A DNA stretch of 64,000 nucleotides. It comes from Ascidiella aspersa. Taxonomy: Eukaryota. Of the stretch, positions 62,701-64,000 are shown piece by piece. Position numbers and translations under genes: made by a program. The stretch spans positions 23,932,001-23,996,000 of the forward strand of contig OZ004607.1 of NCBI GenBank assembly GCA_963924565.1, read 5' to 3'. A model generated the notes under the pieces. The model saw only the letters and a list, made by a program, of their open reading frames with translations, was not told the origin of the DNA and made no database searches. The stretch's first letter is position 1, and the number at the start of each line of letters is the position of its first letter.

Positions 62701-63043
62701 TGAATACTGGATGTCACATGTCTAAAACTTGGTGCAATTTTTTCAATATTTGTTCCTGCGTATGGATTGTAATTAAGATATCCAATTTACAGGTACTAAA
62801 CAGACAAATTATTCGCATCATCCAACCCTTGTGAACACTATTACAGGAAGAGCAAATCTTTTACAAGTTATGAGGCACTTTCCATATCTCACTGTGGAAC
62901 AAGTTAGTATTTACACCCAAAGTATCATTTATTTTGAGGTGAAATAGTTTTTCATTATTTTTTGTTTGTTTAAGGTGTCCAAACAATGGGAGACCTTCAG
63001 GAAATATGACAAAAATAATGATTTTTGTCTTGATTTGCCAGAG
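56727..63043 (+). CDS. Uncharacterised coiled-coil protein with EF-hand (3' incomplete), multi-exon
   Basis: In-phase GT-AG exons from MSKSEEVFSV... through coiled-coil exons (DEVKLLKNKLALSESKLDD, AIYRLQKEMHEQHKVV) to VMRHFPYLTVEQ|VSKQWETFRKYDKNNDFCLDLPE (EF-hand loop). Confidence 0.7.
57927..58671. mobile_element. Degenerate hAT-like MITE
   Basis: Ends CAGGGGTGGGCAA / TTGCCCAGGTCTG with subterminal AGCCGCGGG repeats; TSD not recognisable. Confidence 0.5.
58834..58935 (+). mobile_element. tRNA-derived SINE remnant (second partial copy ~59800-59880)
   Basis: A-box-like GCCAGTGTAGCTTAGTTGGTAGAG, damaged B box, then CAGGCTAGT.GTTTTT tail shared with 59800-59880, which has GAGTTCAAACCTC. Confidence 0.5.
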
Positions 63044-64000
63044 GTAACCTGTAAGAATAATGTGTGATTTATATAGCACTACATTAGTCTTAACTCTTCA
63101 AAATTTTGTTGTTTATATATTTATCTAATTGTTAGGAAAGAGAAAACCAACTAGACTTAAAAGATAAATCTCGATTTTGGTAACATTGTGTTCAAACCTA
63201 TCTTGATCTAGTGAGACATAAGTCTTGTTTGTTTCTGGCAGTGTTTTTCAAACTTTATCTCGCGAAATATTTCAAAAAATGTGATGGACATGCAATGCAA
63301 CTAGTTATCTAAACATAATAAAATGGAAAGTTTGTGAGTCGGCAGTCGGTCGTCAGCATGTTCGCGCTTTAGGGAGACAGACAGAGCAACCGTGGCTCAT
63401 TTTGCTCCCTCTTTAAGCGAGTAGCCGGGCAAGTGGGAAAATAGAAAGAAACTTGTGTGCTCCCAGACAGAAAAAATTTGTTTCTTTCTATGAGAGAAAG
63501 TCTCGCATCTCAAGCGAGCGCCGTCGCAAACCGGTCACGGGTGACCAACTTTTATTTTGAAGGCGTTTGTTTGCAATTCTGAATCGATAAATGTCGCTAC
63601 ATATTTTGTCGTAAAAAAACTCTTAACATAACCGCGCAAAACCTTTTTTTTAACGGGTTGCGGGTTTGTCTGACGTTGGACGCAGCTTAATTAGGCGTTT
63701 AGTGCAAAGGTTTAGCAATTTTCGCTTTTTTAAACATACTTTGAATAAACATCAGGAAACCTACACGGACACCTACAACAAACCGTTTTTAACCACGCAA
63801 TACTTGCCGCAGTTTATCAGTAAGCATTTGTTTTTTCAATGAGGATTTTTCTCACGTTTGACGCAGTTTAGCACCGGGATTACGTATATTACGCTATCAA
63901 GCAGGTCTAAACAATTTCTGCTACAACCTTACGTCTGAGAGTTATTCTCAATTGACAAATGTTACGGGGTTTCGTTACCTAAAAGATGTATGACACCCGA

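Noticed and set aside
62861-63079. Minus-strand 72-aa ORF as a gene
   Set aside because: Antisense to two well-formed plus-strand exons encoding an EF-hand.

Overview
AT-rich, intron-containing animal DNA, most likely an ascidian (tunicate). This is inferred from a 10-exon connexin gene, short introns and tight gene packing. Genes in order: intronless calmodulin-like gene (+), ESS2/DGCR14 (+), connexin with an enlarged 5-Cys second extracellular loop (-), IQCD/DRC10 (-), two tail-to-tail CCDC175-like paralogues (+/-), ATMIN/ASCIZ-like zinc-finger/TQT gene (+), and an unidentified coiled-coil/EF-hand gene that appears to run off the window (+). The most notable non-genic signal is four separate Penelope-like (PLE) retro-insertions of 113 bp to 1.95 kb. 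Each is flanked by a 12-17 bp target-site duplication (TSD) and carries a different minimal type-I hammerhead ribozyme motif, one with a U3-A8 compensatory core. Three share an inverted-arm plus one-sided-tail layout with a 2-nt microhomology at the junction. Also present: several hAT (Buster/Charlie-type) MITEs, a 1.17-kb non-autonomous Gypsy-type LTR element with identical LTRs, a perfect 3x313-bp tandem repeat and tRNA-derived SINE remnants. Gene models and coordinates were read by eye and may be off by a few bases.
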